Positions 1 through 10,911 of a stretch of DNA of 64,000 bases are shown here, one piece after another. The notes beneath the pieces were generated by a model. It was given only the letters and a program-made list of their open reading frames with translations, made no database searches and was not told where the DNA came from. A program made the translations under genes and the position numbers. Source of the DNA: an uncultured virus (IMG/VR IMGVR_UViG_3300042898_003498) (lineage: Duplodnaviria; Heunggongvirae; Uroviricota; Caudoviricetes); the IMG/VR virus record IMGVR_UViG_3300042898_003498. One strand, given 5' to 3'. The first letter of the stretch is position 1. Every line of letters starts with the position of its first letter.

Positions 1-45
1 TTTAGAGAGCAGAACAGAAGAAGGATAGTTAGGATTTTCATACAT

Positions 46-339
46 TTATTTAACTTGTCCCCAACGAAGATAAAACTCGGATAACTTCTTTGCTTCAAGT
101 TCCGCCATAATAATATACCTATATCCCATAAACATAGGATCCATATATCTATGCCATTCTGGCCTATCTACAGCATGTTTGAATACAAACTGACCTGCTT
201 CACTTCGTTCCCAATCGAACATAGGACCGGCAGCATATATGTCAGGATCTTCGACATCGCTTAAATTAAACTTATGAACAACAACCTTGTGAATCTTTTT
301 CACAACATCGCCTTCTACAGTATATCTTACCTTGTCCAT
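46..339 (-). CDS. hypothetical phage protein
   Basis: 97 aa ORF in tightly packed minus-strand run. Confidence 0.7.
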   Translation of the reverse strand: MDKVRYTVEGDVVKKIHKVVVHKFNLSDVEDPDIYAAGPMFDWERSEAGQFVFKHAVDRPEWHRYMDPMFMGYRYIIMAELEAKKLSEFYLRWGQVK

Positions 340-668
340 CGTAAATTAAACAGCATAATAAACTTCTCAGCATCTTTTTGTTTGGAGAATTTCCATTCTT
401 GATGGCTAAGTCGAGTAGCTGTGTTCCACGTATCTAATTGTTGAGCTGCCCACTCACATCTTTTATCTAAGTTTTGATAATCGGCAGTATAATAGACTTC
501 ACCAACTTCTTCGTTATCCCAATCTTCTTCAAGCCTAACTCTCCACGACAGATTTACTTTTCGTAGAACTGCTTTAATATCGGGGCCAAAATCCAAAATA
601 AATTTTAATGTACGGTATTCGGGTTCGATTTTTTCGAGCATCTGTGTCCATGGATCGGCAACAGTCAT
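327..668 (-). CDS. hypothetical phage protein
   Basis: 113 aa; C-terminus (AEKFIMLFNLRW) resembles neighbours at 46 and 26455. Confidence 0.7.
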   Translation of the reverse strand: MTVADPWTQMLEKIEPEYRTLKFILDFGPDIKAVLRKVNLSWRVRLEEDWDNEEVGEVYYTADYQNLDKRCEWAAQQLDTWNTATRLSHQEWKFSKQKDAEKFIMLFNLRWTR

Positions 669-1117
669 GCCTTCTTCTTTTTAAAGTATCGACGCTTTGG
701 TTTGTTGTCTTTTAGATTTAACGGAGCATGTTCCATTTCCATTTGACTCTTTTGCAGAGCCGCATGTATTTCATCTGAACTAGGACCATCTTCTTCTGTA
801 TCAGAATCTAATGCAGGATTGTCATCAAATGCAAACCCCACTGTGCCTGCAAATTTAATTGTCGACTCAAAGTTGCCTAGCTCTCTAAGAGACCCCACTG
901 GACCTGTTGCATCTTGACTAATATTGTGCCAAGTTCGAATCTCGAGAATAGGTTCAATGTGTGAAGGTACTTCAATAACATAGTGTTCGTAGGTATAACC
1001 TGCACCACTTAGATCGATAGATTTAATTACTTTACCCGAAACAGATTTTACATTGCTTCTATTGATGCCGTAGATCCAAACAGTATCACCGACTGCATAT
1101 TGTTTTTTAACTGTCAT
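665..1117 (-). CDS. hypothetical protein
   Basis: 150 aa ORF, AAGGA SD upstream, overlaps next gene. Confidence 0.7.
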   Translation of the reverse strand: MTVKKQYAVGDTVWIYGINRSNVKSVSGKVIKSIDLSGAGYTYEHYVIEVPSHIEPILEIRTWHNISQDATGPVGSLRELGNFESTIKFAGTVGFAFDDNPALDSDTEEDGPSSDEIHAALQKSQMEMEHAPLNLKDNKPKRRYFKKKKA

Positions 1118-1280
1118 GTTTTTCCTTAACGCTCACGCTACCTTTAGATTCTAACATGTCCTTGATGAACTTGATAGCTTTTCTATCGGTATCGTAAACG
1201 TATTCTGCGTCCTCGTCATCGGTCCGCAAAGTTACTACAACACCGTTTTTTACCTTACGGATTTCAATTGACTCAAACAT
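1107..1280 (-). CDS. small hypothetical protein (57 aa, MFESIEIRKVKNGVVV...)
   Basis: translated by hand; AAGGT SD; fills the gap between ORFs. Confidence 0.6.
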   Translation of the reverse strand: MFESIEIRKVKNGVVVTLRTDDEDAEYVYDTDRKAIKFIKDMLESKGSVSVKEKHDS

Positions 1281-1289
1281 ATTTTACCT

Positions 1290-2063
1290 TTATTGTGGTA
1301 CGCTTAGGTTGTAGTTAAAGTGGAAGATACCAATGTGGGCAACTTCACGACTCAACTCCTGGTCACACCAGATTTGATACCCTGCCTTTTGCGCCTGTTG
1401 GCAGAAGTAAATATCCTCGCCGATTTCTAAGTTTAGGCTAGGAATAAACTCTTGCAGATAGTGGGGTTGCGGAACTTTCTCATACACTTCTCTTTTGCAC
1501 AATACCATGCCGTGTGGCAGGACATCGATCAGTTCCATCGGAGGACTGTTATCAGTAGTTTGAAACTCTCGGAATTGTCCGGCACTACCACTCATTCCGG
1601 TAAAGTTAGGATTAGGGAATCGACGACGACGATAATTAGCTCCTACGATTTCTTTGTTACGTGCCAACAATCGCATAGGTGCATCAATTGGGAACTTCAT
1701 ATCGCTATCGACCCACCAGATATAATCAAAGTCGCTCTTTAGAAAGATATCGACTAGATTACGACGAGCAATAGTAATAACTGATCCAATGTTAAATGCA
1801 CAGTTGATCTTAATACCATTTGCAACCATATTGGCTGCTGCCATTGCTAGGTGCTGTGCAAATTCTGCATTAACCATTTCCATTGCTGGAACTGCAATCA
1901 TAATACTCGGTGGTCTTCCATTTGGACCCGCTGGAATTTGCCTTGCTTGTGGATTAGGTGGTGCAGCACCGGTAGGACGATTGAACGCTGTCTGCATAGC
2001 GGCAGTTGCTTGATTAGGCGTCGGTCTATTGCTAGACGGGATATTTAACTTACCTTTTTTCAT
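1290..2063 (-). CDS. GT-A fold (family 2-like) glycosyltransferase
   Basis: WWVDSD DxD motif, GEDIYFC motif. Confidence 0.7.
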   Translation of the reverse strand: MKKGKLNIPSSNRPTPNQATAAMQTAFNRPTGAAPPNPQARQIPAGPNGRPPSIMIAVPAMEMVNAEFAQHLAMAAANMVANGIKINCAFNIGSVITIARRNLVDIFLKSDFDYIWWVDSDMKFPIDAPMRLLARNKEIVGANYRRRRFPNPNFTGMSGSAGQFREFQTTDNSPPMELIDVLPHGMVLCKREVYEKVPQPHYLQEFIPSLNLEIGEDIYFCQQAQKAGYQIWCDQELSREVAHIGIFHFNYNLSVPQ

Positions 2064-2125
2064 GTATTTCCTTTGTGTTTATTATACTTGGTATATGTTA
2101 GTAGAGCAAAAATAGTTTGTTCAGA

Positions 2126-2821
2126 TTAACGAGGCGCGAAGTCTTGCTGTAGTTTGATGTTGTCAAAAAACTCTTTTTTGGTGCTTTGATCGTCCTTGAA
2201 TGCACCTTTGAGAACAGTAGTCTGTGTCAAAGAACTGTGTGCCATGATGCCGCGATTTTCACAGCATCCATGCACTGCCTGCACATAGACACCCACGTCT
2301 TTGGCCCCTGTAGCTTTTTGGATTTCTCGGGCTATGTCGTTAGCCAGTTCTTCCTGTAGCGTACCACGCCGGGCACACCACTGAGCAATGCGGGTGTATT
2401 TGCTTAGTCCGATGAGTTTCTCTGCCGCAATAATGCCAATATAAGCAACCCCAGCAACGGGTTGGTGATGATGACTACACATACTACGAAGTTCGCTGCG
2501 AACCACGAGCATGCCTTCATAGCGGTCTGCTGAATCGTTTGGAAATGCTGTTGCATCTGGTGCCGGGTCATATCTACCTGCCATTATTTCGTTGTAATAC
2601 ATTTTTGCAAGGCGTCGGGCTGTGCCTTTGCTGTTAGGGTCTGTTTCTCGATCAATAAGCAATGTATCCAACACTTGTTCAAATGCCAATGCCGCTTCGT
2701 TAATTAGTTCAGGTTTGACATTGTCACTGACATACTCGCTAATGTTATCACCTGCCCAAAAACGTTTATTGTCCGATTTCATTCGTTCGCGGATAACTTG
2801 GCTTAAATTCTTTTCACTCAT
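2126..2821 (-). CDS. folE: GTP cyclohydrolase I
   Basis: SMCSHH, GLSKYTR, LQEEL, HGCCENRG motifs. Confidence 0.93.
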   Translation of the reverse strand: MSEKNLSQVIRERMKSDNKRFWAGDNISEYVSDNVKPELINEAALAFEQVLDTLLIDRETDPNSKGTARRLAKMYYNEIMAGRYDPAPDATAFPNDSADRYEGMLVVRSELRSMCSHHHQPVAGVAYIGIIAAEKLIGLSKYTRIAQWCARRGTLQEELANDIAREIQKATGAKDVGVYVQAVHGCCENRGIMAHSSLTQTTVLKGAFKDDQSTKKEFFDNIKLQQDFAPR

Positions 2822-2866
2822 TTTATTATTTTCCTATGATAAGGCAGTGGATTGCCATAATATTTT

Positions 2867-2895
2867 ATTGTACATTATTTAGACTTATTTGTCAA
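2867..2895 (-). promoter_or_regulatory. sigma70 promoter upstream of folE
   Basis: TTGACA-17nt-TACAAT. Confidence 0.65.
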
Positions 2896-2899
2896 CGAC

Positions 2900-3862
2900 T
2901 TATTTTTTCTTATACCATAGATATGCACTATCGATGATAGTTCCAATATCACTATGTTCCGGGTCCCAATTTAACTCAGTTTCGGCCTTTACTGAATTTG
3001 CAACTAGCACTGCTGGATCACCTGCTCGCCTATTTCCATAATTTAGAAGCTTAAATCCATATTTTTCACCAATATAGTCTGCAATCTGTTTATTACTAAC
3101 ACCCTTCGATGTTCCTAAATTGAATACATGGAACCCCGGGTTGTCTTTTAAATAGTTGATAACTTTGATGTGTGCTTGTGCTAGATCCAACACATGCACA
3201 TAATCTCTAATGCATGTACCGTCTGGAGTTTCATAATCGTCTCCAAATATGTTAAATGTTTTATCGCCGATGCTTGCTTCCAGCGCCTGACTAATAATAT
3301 GTGTGCCACCGTGTTCTTCACCTAAGTCAAATCCAGCGCCAGCAGCATTAAAGTATCTGAAACATACGCTGTTGATATCATATGCATTACTGTAATCTCT
3401 TAACATCAGTTCGATCATTAATTTTGTACGACCGTACGGGCTAATAGGATCTAACGGATGACTTTCCGGAATAGGAAGTTCTTTCGGCTCACCATAGACG
3501 CTGGCACTGCTACTGAATAGAACGCTAGGTTTTTTAGTAAAATCTTTAATAAAATTCAACAATGTAATAGTCTTGCTAACATTATTGTCGTAATAGTCTC
3601 CGGGATCGTATACACTTGGTGCTACAAGGCTTGTTCCTGCACAATGTACTATAATGTCTGGCTGTTCTAATTCTATCAAGTCTAGTGCAGTACTACTGGC
3701 ATAGTCTGCTTTTAAAAAACAATCTATATCTTTAAGTGTGTGGTTTCGCTGAATACGATCTATGATTACTATCCTATTTGTATGATCAGCGTATCTAAAT
3801 GCTTGTGCAATGTGACTACCGATGTAACCACATCCGCCTGTGACAATTATAGTTTTGCTCAT
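2900..3862 (-). CDS. galE: UDP-glucose 4-epimerase
   Basis: TGGCGYIGSH, YGRTK, RYFNAAG, DGTCIRDYVHV motifs. Confidence 0.9.
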   Translation of the reverse strand: MSKTIIVTGGCGYIGSHIAQAFRYADHTNRIVIIDRIQRNHTLKDIDCFLKADYASSTALDLIELEQPDIIVHCAGTSLVAPSVYDPGDYYDNNVSKTITLLNFIKDFTKKPSVLFSSSASVYGEPKELPIPESHPLDPISPYGRTKLMIELMLRDYSNAYDINSVCFRYFNAAGAGFDLGEEHGGTHIISQALEASIGDKTFNIFGDDYETPDGTCIRDYVHVLDLAQAHIKVINYLKDNPGFHVFNLGTSKGVSNKQIADYIGEKYGFKLLNYGNRRAGDPAVLVANSVKAETELNWDPEHSDIGTIIDSAYLWYKKK

Positions 3863-4665
3863 GATAATCTAAGTAGCGTGTTCTTTTTTAAGGCAGCTTC
3901 AAGTACCTGCATAGTGACACCGAGATCTTTTGAAAAATTTAACAAGGTTTCAGTGTCCTTCGGCAAACAATGTCCTCCGAATCCGTATAATCCGTCTGTA
4001 CCGGGAACCTCTGCATGACTATTTCCTATTCGAGGATCTAGAGCAATCAGCAATGCAACAGTACGGTAATCAAGTCCGCTGGCTACAGCAACATTGTGAA
4101 TCTCATTCATGAATACAACTTTTGTGGCTAAGAAACTATTAATGGCATACTTGGCCAACGCCGCCTCTCCTATATTGCAATGTATAATATTTTTAAGATT
4201 ACCCTGTCCTAATTTAATAATGCGCTCAGCTTCGTTTATGTAAGCCCTAACGCTTCCTCCTATAATAGCGAATTCCCCTGTGTAGTAATCATCAACGGCA
4301 TTGGCTGCTGTAAGAAACTCAGGAACATGTACTAAATTTGGATATAAGTTGTTTAATTTTTGATATACATCTGGAGGCGCTGTTGATTTACTGATAATAA
4401 CACCGGTATATTCGATGCTGCCTAGATGATCTAATACCTCTTCAAGGACCGAAGTATCGCAATTTGTTTCAGTGCCTCGCGGAGTAGGAACACATACGAA
4501 TACTGCATCTGCGTCTTTAAGATCGGAGTAAGTGGAGGTGTTGTACCCTTTGGGAGGATCTATAATTACAATATCTACAAATAATCCGTCATTAAATGCA
4601 CTACGTATTGCGTTACCTACATATCCTAGTCCAATTATTCCAATCTTAAGTCTGAATGACATCAT
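3859..4665 (-). CDS. UDP-glucose/GDP-mannose dehydrogenase family (short form)
   Basis: GLGYVG, CVPTP, KST, PEFL, GFGGHCLPKD. Confidence 0.85.
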   Translation of the reverse strand: MMSFRLKIGIIGLGYVGNAIRSAFNDGLFVDIVIIDPPKGYNTSTYSDLKDADAVFVCVPTPRGTETNCDTSVLEEVLDHLGSIEYTGVIISKSTAPPDVYQKLNNLYPNLVHVPEFLTAANAVDDYYTGEFAIIGGSVRAYINEAERIIKLGQGNLKNIIHCNIGEAALAKYAINSFLATKVVFMNEIHNVAVASGLDYRTVALLIALDPRIGNSHAEVPGTDGLYGFGGHCLPKDTETLLNFSKDLGVTMQVLEAALKKNTLLRLS

Positions 4666-4892
4666 TCTTTCGAAAGTCCTATAAAAAGTAATTCACGTTC
4701 AGTAACATTAGCAACAGGTTTGAGCCAACCGTTATTGATACATTCTGAAATAATCATCTTGTATTCTTGAGGGCACTCTGGAAGAATATGGAAACCTGCT
4801 CGAGGAGCACGTACAAATCCGTCTTGGATAAAAAATTTAGGATCGTTTTGCTTTATGGTACGCAGCTGGCTTTTGTGGAAAGTAAAGGACAT
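4662..4892 (-). CDS. hypothetical protein
   Basis: 76 aa ORF coupled to next gene. Confidence 0.6.
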   Translation of the reverse strand: MSFTFHKSQLRTIKQNDPKFFIQDGFVRAPRAGFHILPECPQEYKMIISECINNGWLKPVANVTERELLFIGLSKE

Positions 4893-4923
4893 ACTGCAAG
4901 TTTAGCAGTATTAATATTTTATG

Positions 4924-5658
4924 TCAACGATCTATCCAGTCTTTATTGCGGTAAGGTCTGCCAATGGCCGCTTGTGGAAGATATCGAACTACTTTCTTTT
5001 TTAATCGTTGAATGATAGGATGATTGTGATCATGTTGGAATGCTCTTAAATACATTCTCCAACTGTTGTGGCGGCGCCTAATGCCTTTTTGATTTTCACT
5101 TAGGTAATCGACAATTTGATCTACGTCGCCTTTGAGTTTATCCATTAATTCGCAGGCAATGTTAAATCCGTATGCATCTATCTCATCAGAACAGCCCAGA
5201 TAACGCTGCTCCATCCGAACTTCTGTTTTATTTGCAGTACTGGCATAATCCGGAATAACTTTAAATTTACGCCTGCGATACTGTCTCATATGGATAATTT
5301 CGTGCAGTAATGTGTCTGCAATGGTATAACACATTCCCTTATATCGCTTCTTTGATATAGATATAACGTCATCAAACAAGGGATATACGAATAATAGCTC
5401 TATAGCCTTCTTTTTATCTTCGTCCCAATCACTGTAATAAGTTCCACCTACCCAAACTTGATTAGATCCTACTTTGAAATTGGAGGATTTTTTAAATCTA
5501 ATCGGAGCCAATTTTTTTAAATGATTGGTAATTTTACTGTGGAATTTTGCTATAGTGAGCTGTTGTCCGACTAATTCCGGAGAAAGAGAGTACATGAAAC
5601 TGGCGATAGTTTCTCGATCTAGCATGGACCAATTGAATCGTACTTTTGGTGTAGTCAT
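4924..5658 (-). CDS. hypothetical protein with HEXXH (zincin-like) motif
   Basis: LLHEIIH followed by DEIDAY. Confidence 0.6.
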   Translation of the reverse strand: MTTPKVRFNWSMLDRETIASFMYSLSPELVGQQLTIAKFHSKITNHLKKLAPIRFKKSSNFKVGSNQVWVGGTYYSDWDEDKKKAIELLFVYPLFDDVISISKKRYKGMCYTIADTLLHEIIHMRQYRRRKFKVIPDYASTANKTEVRMEQRYLGCSDEIDAYGFNIACELMDKLKGDVDQIVDYLSENQKGIRRRHNSWRMYLRAFQHDHNHPIIQRLKKKVVRYLPQAAIGRPYRNKDWIDR

Positions 5659-5799
5659 GTTTCCACCTTGTGATATATTTAGTTATCACTCACATGCGTT
5701 CATTATATGCTACTTTATTAGATTAGCAACTATTTTTTCGCCAACTAGTAATTTCATAGGTAACGGTAATAAATAAATATAACATAAAAGGTTAGGTAT

Positions 5800-6192
5800 A
5801 TGATAGCACTTATTAACAGATGGGAATCTATCGATGCTTCGGGTAGGTATCTTGCTCCTTTACAACTTATTAACGAAGATTATGGTACAGACGAAGATTC
5901 TAGTAACTGGCTATCCGCGGCAATTTCCTGGGGATACACTGTGCTAGGCCACGACGGATACATTGATTATGTATTATATGATGTTTCAGATACTGTAGTA
6001 TATGCTGTTAGTCATTACGAATCAATGGATAGCCTAATTGCTCTTAGAGCTAGACCAGATTACTCTGATTTTATTTCTGCAAGGAATTCCTATATTCTTG
6101 CAAAGGGCTTTAGTTTTCAAGAACAAATTGTAACACTAGAACAGCCAATTAGAACTATTGAAGAATTACTTGAGTTAGTTAATACAAATTAA
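5800..6192 (+). CDS. hypothetical protein
   Basis: 130 aa, AGGT SD, ATAAATA upstream. Confidence 0.65.
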   Translation: MIALINRWESIDASGRYLAPLQLINEDYGTDEDSSNWLSAAISWGYTVLGHDGYIDYVLYDVSDTVVYAVSHYESMDSLIALRARPDYSDFISARNSYILAKGFSFQEQIVTLEQPIRTIEELLELVNTN

Positions 6193-7361
6193 CCAAATCT
6201 TTCCTCTGCCCACCTAAATACTTTTTCGATATCTTGCTTTAATATTTCTTCGCTATCGTTGACTAACATAACAGCGGCAAGATTGCTACCTAAAAACTCA
6301 GTTGATGGTTCTGAAATTTTACTAAAAAATTTAGAATGAGGAATTACATAGTCTGCTGAACTTACAGTAGATAGAAGATTCACTGTATCGAATTCTATGT
6401 ATTTTCTTAGTCTGTTCTTAATCCATACTCTTGCTGCATATTTTTTTCTAGGGAAAGTTTTATTTGCAAATGTTTCTCTCCAGATGCGAGGTGCTAAGTG
6501 TGCTATTAGTTCAGATTCTATCTGAGCATGTCCTACGGCTTTCTTATAAAGATGCCATGTGATATGACCCTGGTGCCTAAAATTTATTTCAATTAATTTT
6601 AAATCAATACCGTCAAAAATAGTCTGTATATGATACGATCCTAACAATTTATCAATTTTAGGTATAGCCTCTAATAAAGAAGTTAACGATTTTTTAAATT
6701 CTTCACTTTGGTCTTCGTAATTTTCTAGATAGGAAAATGTACGGGGTCCTCTCTCAACTGACCATATTGCAATAACAGCAATTTGACTACCGTTTGTAGT
6801 TATATCAACATGCATTTCCTTGCCATAAACTTTCTTTTGTAACAAAAGTGTTTTCTGTTGTTTATTAACAATAGTATCTTTAATCATCTCCTCTAATTCT
6901 ATTTTTGAAAAAATAGGAAATACGCCTTGACTGCCGCAGCCCGACACAGGTTTAATAAAAATTGGAAATTTATCTCGTGACCAGGATAGCGCCTCGTCTG
7001 GAGTATTGTAATCTAAGTCTAGATAAAAATCTTCAATTCTGTGCGGGGCTGAAATCTTTTGAAGATATAAACCTTTATCAGTTCTTATATTGTTATCTAA
7101 TCTAACAGAACATAGGAATGGTAAAGCATCATCGCAACATGCAATTACTACATCAGAATCATCAATAGTAGGCGTTTCTTCTTTAATAAACCATATTTTG
7201 TCACATAAATGTGCATAATCAAAACCAAGATACGATGTCTTGTCGTTGATAAGCACTACATGAATCTCTTCATCTAGTTTATGTTTCTCTATAATATATC
7301 GAAGATACCTAACGTAGGACACGCTAGTGAGTCTAGGTTCCACAATAAAAAATTTTTTCAT
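6189..7361 (-). CDS. ATP-grasp domain protein
   Basis: FPIFIKPVSGCGSQGV, LLQKKVYGKE, LIEINFR. Confidence 0.75.
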   Translation of the reverse strand: MKKFFIVEPRLTSVSYVRYLRYIIEKHKLDEEIHVVLINDKTSYLGFDYAHLCDKIWFIKEETPTIDDSDVVIACCDDALPFLCSVRLDNNIRTDKGLYLQKISAPHRIEDFYLDLDYNTPDEALSWSRDKFPIFIKPVSGCGSQGVFPIFSKIELEEMIKDTIVNKQQKTLLLQKKVYGKEMHVDITTNGSQIAVIAIWSVERGPRTFSYLENYEDQSEEFKKSLTSLLEAIPKIDKLLGSYHIQTIFDGIDLKLIEINFRHQGHITWHLYKKAVGHAQIESELIAHLAPRIWRETFANKTFPRKKYAARVWIKNRLRKYIEFDTVNLLSTVSSADYVIPHSKFFSKISEPSTEFLGSNLAAVMLVNDSEEILKQDIEKVFRWAEERFG

Positions 7362-7975
7362 AACGGATCTTTATAATTTCTCTTTGCTAAATCATCCAGT
7401 CTTAATTTTCTCTGTTCGTTTCCCATATTCATAAACAATACTGCACTCGGATAATAATAAACACCTCCCATTATTTTTTTAAACATAACAGGAGCATTTT
7501 CAAGATCTTCCTTAGATCTAATTACACATTCAACTACTCCGTGGTACGGGCCTTGCGCCCATATTTTTTTAGTGCGATTTACAATATCTTCATCAGTTTT
7601 TATATTACGAGGAAGTTTAATAATAATGTAGTGTTGGAAATATTTTCTGCTTTCAAATAAATCTGTTAGCAGTTTAGATGTATTATCCATAAAGATTGTA
7701 AAATTAGTAGGTGACAATAATCGATCTGCACGAATACCTACCCAAATTGGTAAAAATTCCAGATTATTAAAAAAAGCAGAGTTTAGTGTTTTTGCTACTA
7801 ATATTCCGTTAATCTTATTATCGACTATTTCTGCAGCCGTGACGGAATTTTTAGGATCAGATCTTATTCCTTCAAGTATCCACGCTATCCTTGCCGCTGG
7901 CATTTTAATAGCTTCACAAAAAATTTTTAGATTTTCAAGGTCGGACTCTTTTAATAATCTATAGTCGATATTCAT
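7358..7975 (-). CDS. hypothetical, possible GNAT-fold protein
   Basis: N-terminal YRLLKESDL, similar to 17238. Confidence 0.45.
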   Translation of the reverse strand: MNIDYRLLKESDLENLKIFCEAIKMPAARIAWILEGIRSDPKNSVTAAEIVDNKINGILVAKTLNSAFFNNLEFLPIWVGIRADRLLSPTNFTIFMDNTSKLLTDLFESRKYFQHYIIIKLPRNIKTDEDIVNRTKKIWAQGPYHGVVECVIRSKEDLENAPVMFKKIMGGVYYYPSAVLFMNMGNEQRKLRLDDLAKRNYKDPL

Positions 7976-8778
7976 AATAATTGAATTTTTTCAGTTAGAC
8001 ACAGTCTATTGGTATTTTTTCTTTTATAAAAAGAATATTTGTCGTCAGTTGATGATGCAATGAAACACACGTCGGATGGCTGTAAATTGTATTGCCCACA
8101 AATTATATTTTGTTGATCTTTGTATAAATTGTGAATGTGGCCTAAAGGAAATTTATCTAACAAATTCATTGTCAGGATACAAGACGATATATTAAAATAA
8201 CAATTATCGTATATGATCCCATGTAACAATGGCAGCGGCCTGTTTGTGAAAATAAATCCTATCCTATTTTCATATAGTCCAAACGTTTTCGATAGACTTA
8301 GAAGTACAGTCTCAACATTTTTATTAATTTTTATTTCTTTAGTACTAGTCGTTCCGAGGTAAGCACAATCTAATATAATTCTTTTATTTTCTAGCAGAGA
8401 ATCCCATTCCTGTACAAAATTTCCATCTATTGCACTAGGGTTAGAAATATATAGTATCTCGTCTGTTGTGGTAGTTTCCCTCTTTAAATAATTGAAATAT
8501 TCATAATCCCCAACTCCTACGTTAATATCACAATTCAAATATTGGTTATTTAGATAATTCAATCCATCTGTTATCCCAGAGGTTATATAAAAAAATTTAA
8601 AATCTGATAAATTGATCGATGTCGAAAAGTATTTGATGAGTTTATTTTTAAGATCCTCTAATATCTTTAATCTATCAGAGTCTGATAAGATAAGTAATTG
8701 ATCATAGTCGATATCATTGATACATTTTTGTACTTCGATTGACTTAACAGGCACAATCTTTTTTGTTTTCTTAAACAT
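7972..8778 (-). CDS. PLP-dependent aminotransferase-like protein
   Basis: SNPS, ILDCAY, SLSKTFGL..RIG; start at MFKK after a TATAAATA box. Confidence 0.75.
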   Translation of the reverse strand: MFKKTKKIVPVKSIEVQKCINDIDYDQLLILSDSDRLKILEDLKNKLIKYFSTSINLSDFKFFYITSGITDGLNYLNNQYLNCDINVGVGDYEYFNYLKRETTTTDEILYISNPSAIDGNFVQEWDSLLENKRIILDCAYLGTTSTKEIKINKNVETVLLSLSKTFGLYENRIGFIFTNRPLPLLHGIIYDNCYFNISSCILTMNLLDKFPLGHIHNLYKDQQNIICGQYNLQPSDVCFIASSTDDKYSFYKRKNTNRLCLTEKIQLL

Positions 8779-8800
8779 ACAAATATTTATAGCACAGCAC

Positions 8801-10363
8801 ATGACCCCAAAAGTTTTAATTTTTACAGATATATCACAAGTAGCGTGGAGCAGAGCTGCAGGCCCTTATAGAATTGCAACTGAGTTACGAAAGAATAACT
8901 ACGAGACTATAGTCGTAGAACATTTTTTATGGGCATCAATTATTAACCCACAATACATTTATGACACTATTGATAGATTTGTAACAGACGAAACACTAGC
9001 GGTCGGATTTTCTATGACATTATTTCAGAAAAAATATTTTGATCCAGCTGTAAAGTTTATCAAAAAAGTTAATCCGTCAGTTAATGATCAGTTTCTATCA
9101 GAAATGGATAAAACCGTTTATTCAATTCCGTTACAAGACGAGTACTTAAACAACATTAAAGAAAGAATTTTGAAAAAGAATCCTAAAACTAAATTGGTAT
9201 TAGGAGGTGCATCAAAGAATTTTGTTGATATAACTAATAGTATTTTTGATACATATATTTTAGGGTTTGCAGATGTATCTTTCATTAATTACATAAAATA
9301 TATCGATGGAAAGAACCCGTTCTTTCAATCTAGAAAAACACTAAATGGAAAAATTATTGTAGATAATGATGTTAATGCAACTGGATTCTCTGTTGACAAT
9401 GCGTATATCGATTGGAAAAAAGAAGACATCATGTTTGAAAACGAACGTGTCCCAATTGAGATAAGCAGAGGTTGTATATTTAAATGTAAATTTTGCGGTT
9501 TTGCTTTAAATGGTAAAAATAAGAATGATTATATAAAAAGCAAACATGTGTTGCATCAAGAATTTACAAAGAATTACGATAATTATGGTATAACAAACTA
9601 CTGGTTCACTGACGATACCTACAATGATAACATAGTTAAAATGAAGGATATCCACAGTATAACCCAGAGTCTGCCTTTTGATATTAGATTTAGAGCATAT
9701 TTAAGATTAGATTTATTACACAAACATCGGGATACTATTGATATAGTTACAGAATCTGGACTAGACTTTGCAATGTTCGGAATTGAAACATTAAATTATG
9801 AGAATGCCAAGCTGATAGGAAAAGGCATACGTCCTGAAAAAGTATTTTCTACCTTAGAATATTTATGGAAAAATAAGGGGTGGAAAGACAATGTATATGT
9901 TATGGCAATGATAATGTTGGGCCTACCCCATGATCGACCAGATAATATAGGGTGGATTGAAGATATGAGGACTGATAAGTTCTATGTCGATCAAATAAGT
10001 TTTAACCCTTTGTACATATCTACAGGGAGCGCCGACTCGGCAAAGTCTCAATTTGATAGAGAATACAAAAAATACGGATACCATTTTGAAGAAGGTGCAT
10101 CAGTATGGGATTGGAAAAATGAAAATTTTACATTTTCGGAAGTTAGCAATATTGTAAATAAATTTAATGCTACTAATCCTAAGAATGTAACTGGAGCAAT
10201 ACAAGAAAACTACACTGCATTAACAAAGAAAGAAATATATGCAATTGCAAGTTCTATATATCCATTTGATCAACCTAGTGAGAAATGGAAAACACAAAAG
10301 TATCTTTATATTGAAAGAGTGAAGATCATGGATATTTATTTTAAACGATTATTAAATCTATGA
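8801..10363 (+). CDS. radical SAM protein (probable B12-binding-like N-terminus)
   Basis: EISRGCIFKCKFC CxxxCxxC, DDTYND, FGIET. Confidence 0.85.
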   Translation: MTPKVLIFTDISQVAWSRAAGPYRIATELRKNNYETIVVEHFLWASIINPQYIYDTIDRFVTDETLAVGFSMTLFQKKYFDPAVKFIKKVNPSVNDQFLSEMDKTVYSIPLQDEYLNNIKERILKKNPKTKLVLGGASKNFVDITNSIFDTYILGFADVSFINYIKYIDGKNPFFQSRKTLNGKIIVDNDVNATGFSVDNAYIDWKKEDIMFENERVPIEISRGCIFKCKFCGFALNGKNKNDYIKSKHVLHQEFTKNYDNYGITNYWFTDDTYNDNIVKMKDIHSITQSLPFDIRFRAYLRLDLLHKHRDTIDIVTESGLDFAMFGIETLNYENAKLIGKGIRPEKVFSTLEYLWKNKGWKDNVYVMAMIMLGLPHDRPDNIGWIEDMRTDKFYVDQISFNPLYISTGSADSAKSQFDREYKKYGYHFEEGASVWDWKNENFTFSEVSNIVNKFNATNPKNVTGAIQENYTALTKKEIYAIASSIYPFDQPSEKWKTQKYLYIERVKIMDIYFKRLLNL

Positions 10364-10911
10364 CAATATTTTACCGACCAGTTAATTTTGAACATCAGAA
10401 AATTCAAAATGATTTTCAATTCTATTTTGAAAATAATATACTGAATGCATCTAAAATTGATCACAAAGGCCACGATTTTAGGAGCGTCGATATTTCCTTA
10501 TTTGATAAGTATGACGAATTTCAAAATTTTTTAATAGAAGAAAAATTAATACTAAAATTCTGTATGCTATTTTGGTGTAAGCCAAACGCTCGAGGAAATA
10601 TTCACAAAGACTTAGACGATTTTGGGTTGAATATCCCTATATCCGGTATAGGTGGTTGGCAAACATGGGTCGATGTTGATCCTATGTATCCACCTGTATT
10701 AAGTTCATATGGAAATACATCGGAAAAAAAGTTTGAACTTTTTCCACTCACTACTCCTTTTACTGTGATTGAGAAATATATGGTAACGCAGCCTACTATA
10801 GTCAATACGGGAGTTAGACACTATATTGATAATTTAGACAACGATAAATTTAGAATCATGTTATCTATGAGATTACATAGATATGATTCTACAACTAATC
10901 GTTTGATCTAA
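10360..10911 (+). CDS. 2OG-Fe(II)/cupin-like oxygenase
   Basis: IHKD...RH...SMR facial-triad pattern. Confidence 0.55.
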   Translation: MTIFYRPVNFEHQKIQNDFQFYFENNILNASKIDHKGHDFRSVDISLFDKYDEFQNFLIEEKLILKFCMLFWCKPNARGNIHKDLDDFGLNIPISGIGGWQTWVDVDPMYPPVLSSYGNTSEKKFELFPLTTPFTVIEKYMVTQPTIVNTGVRHYIDNLDNDKFRIMLSMRLHRYDSTTNRLI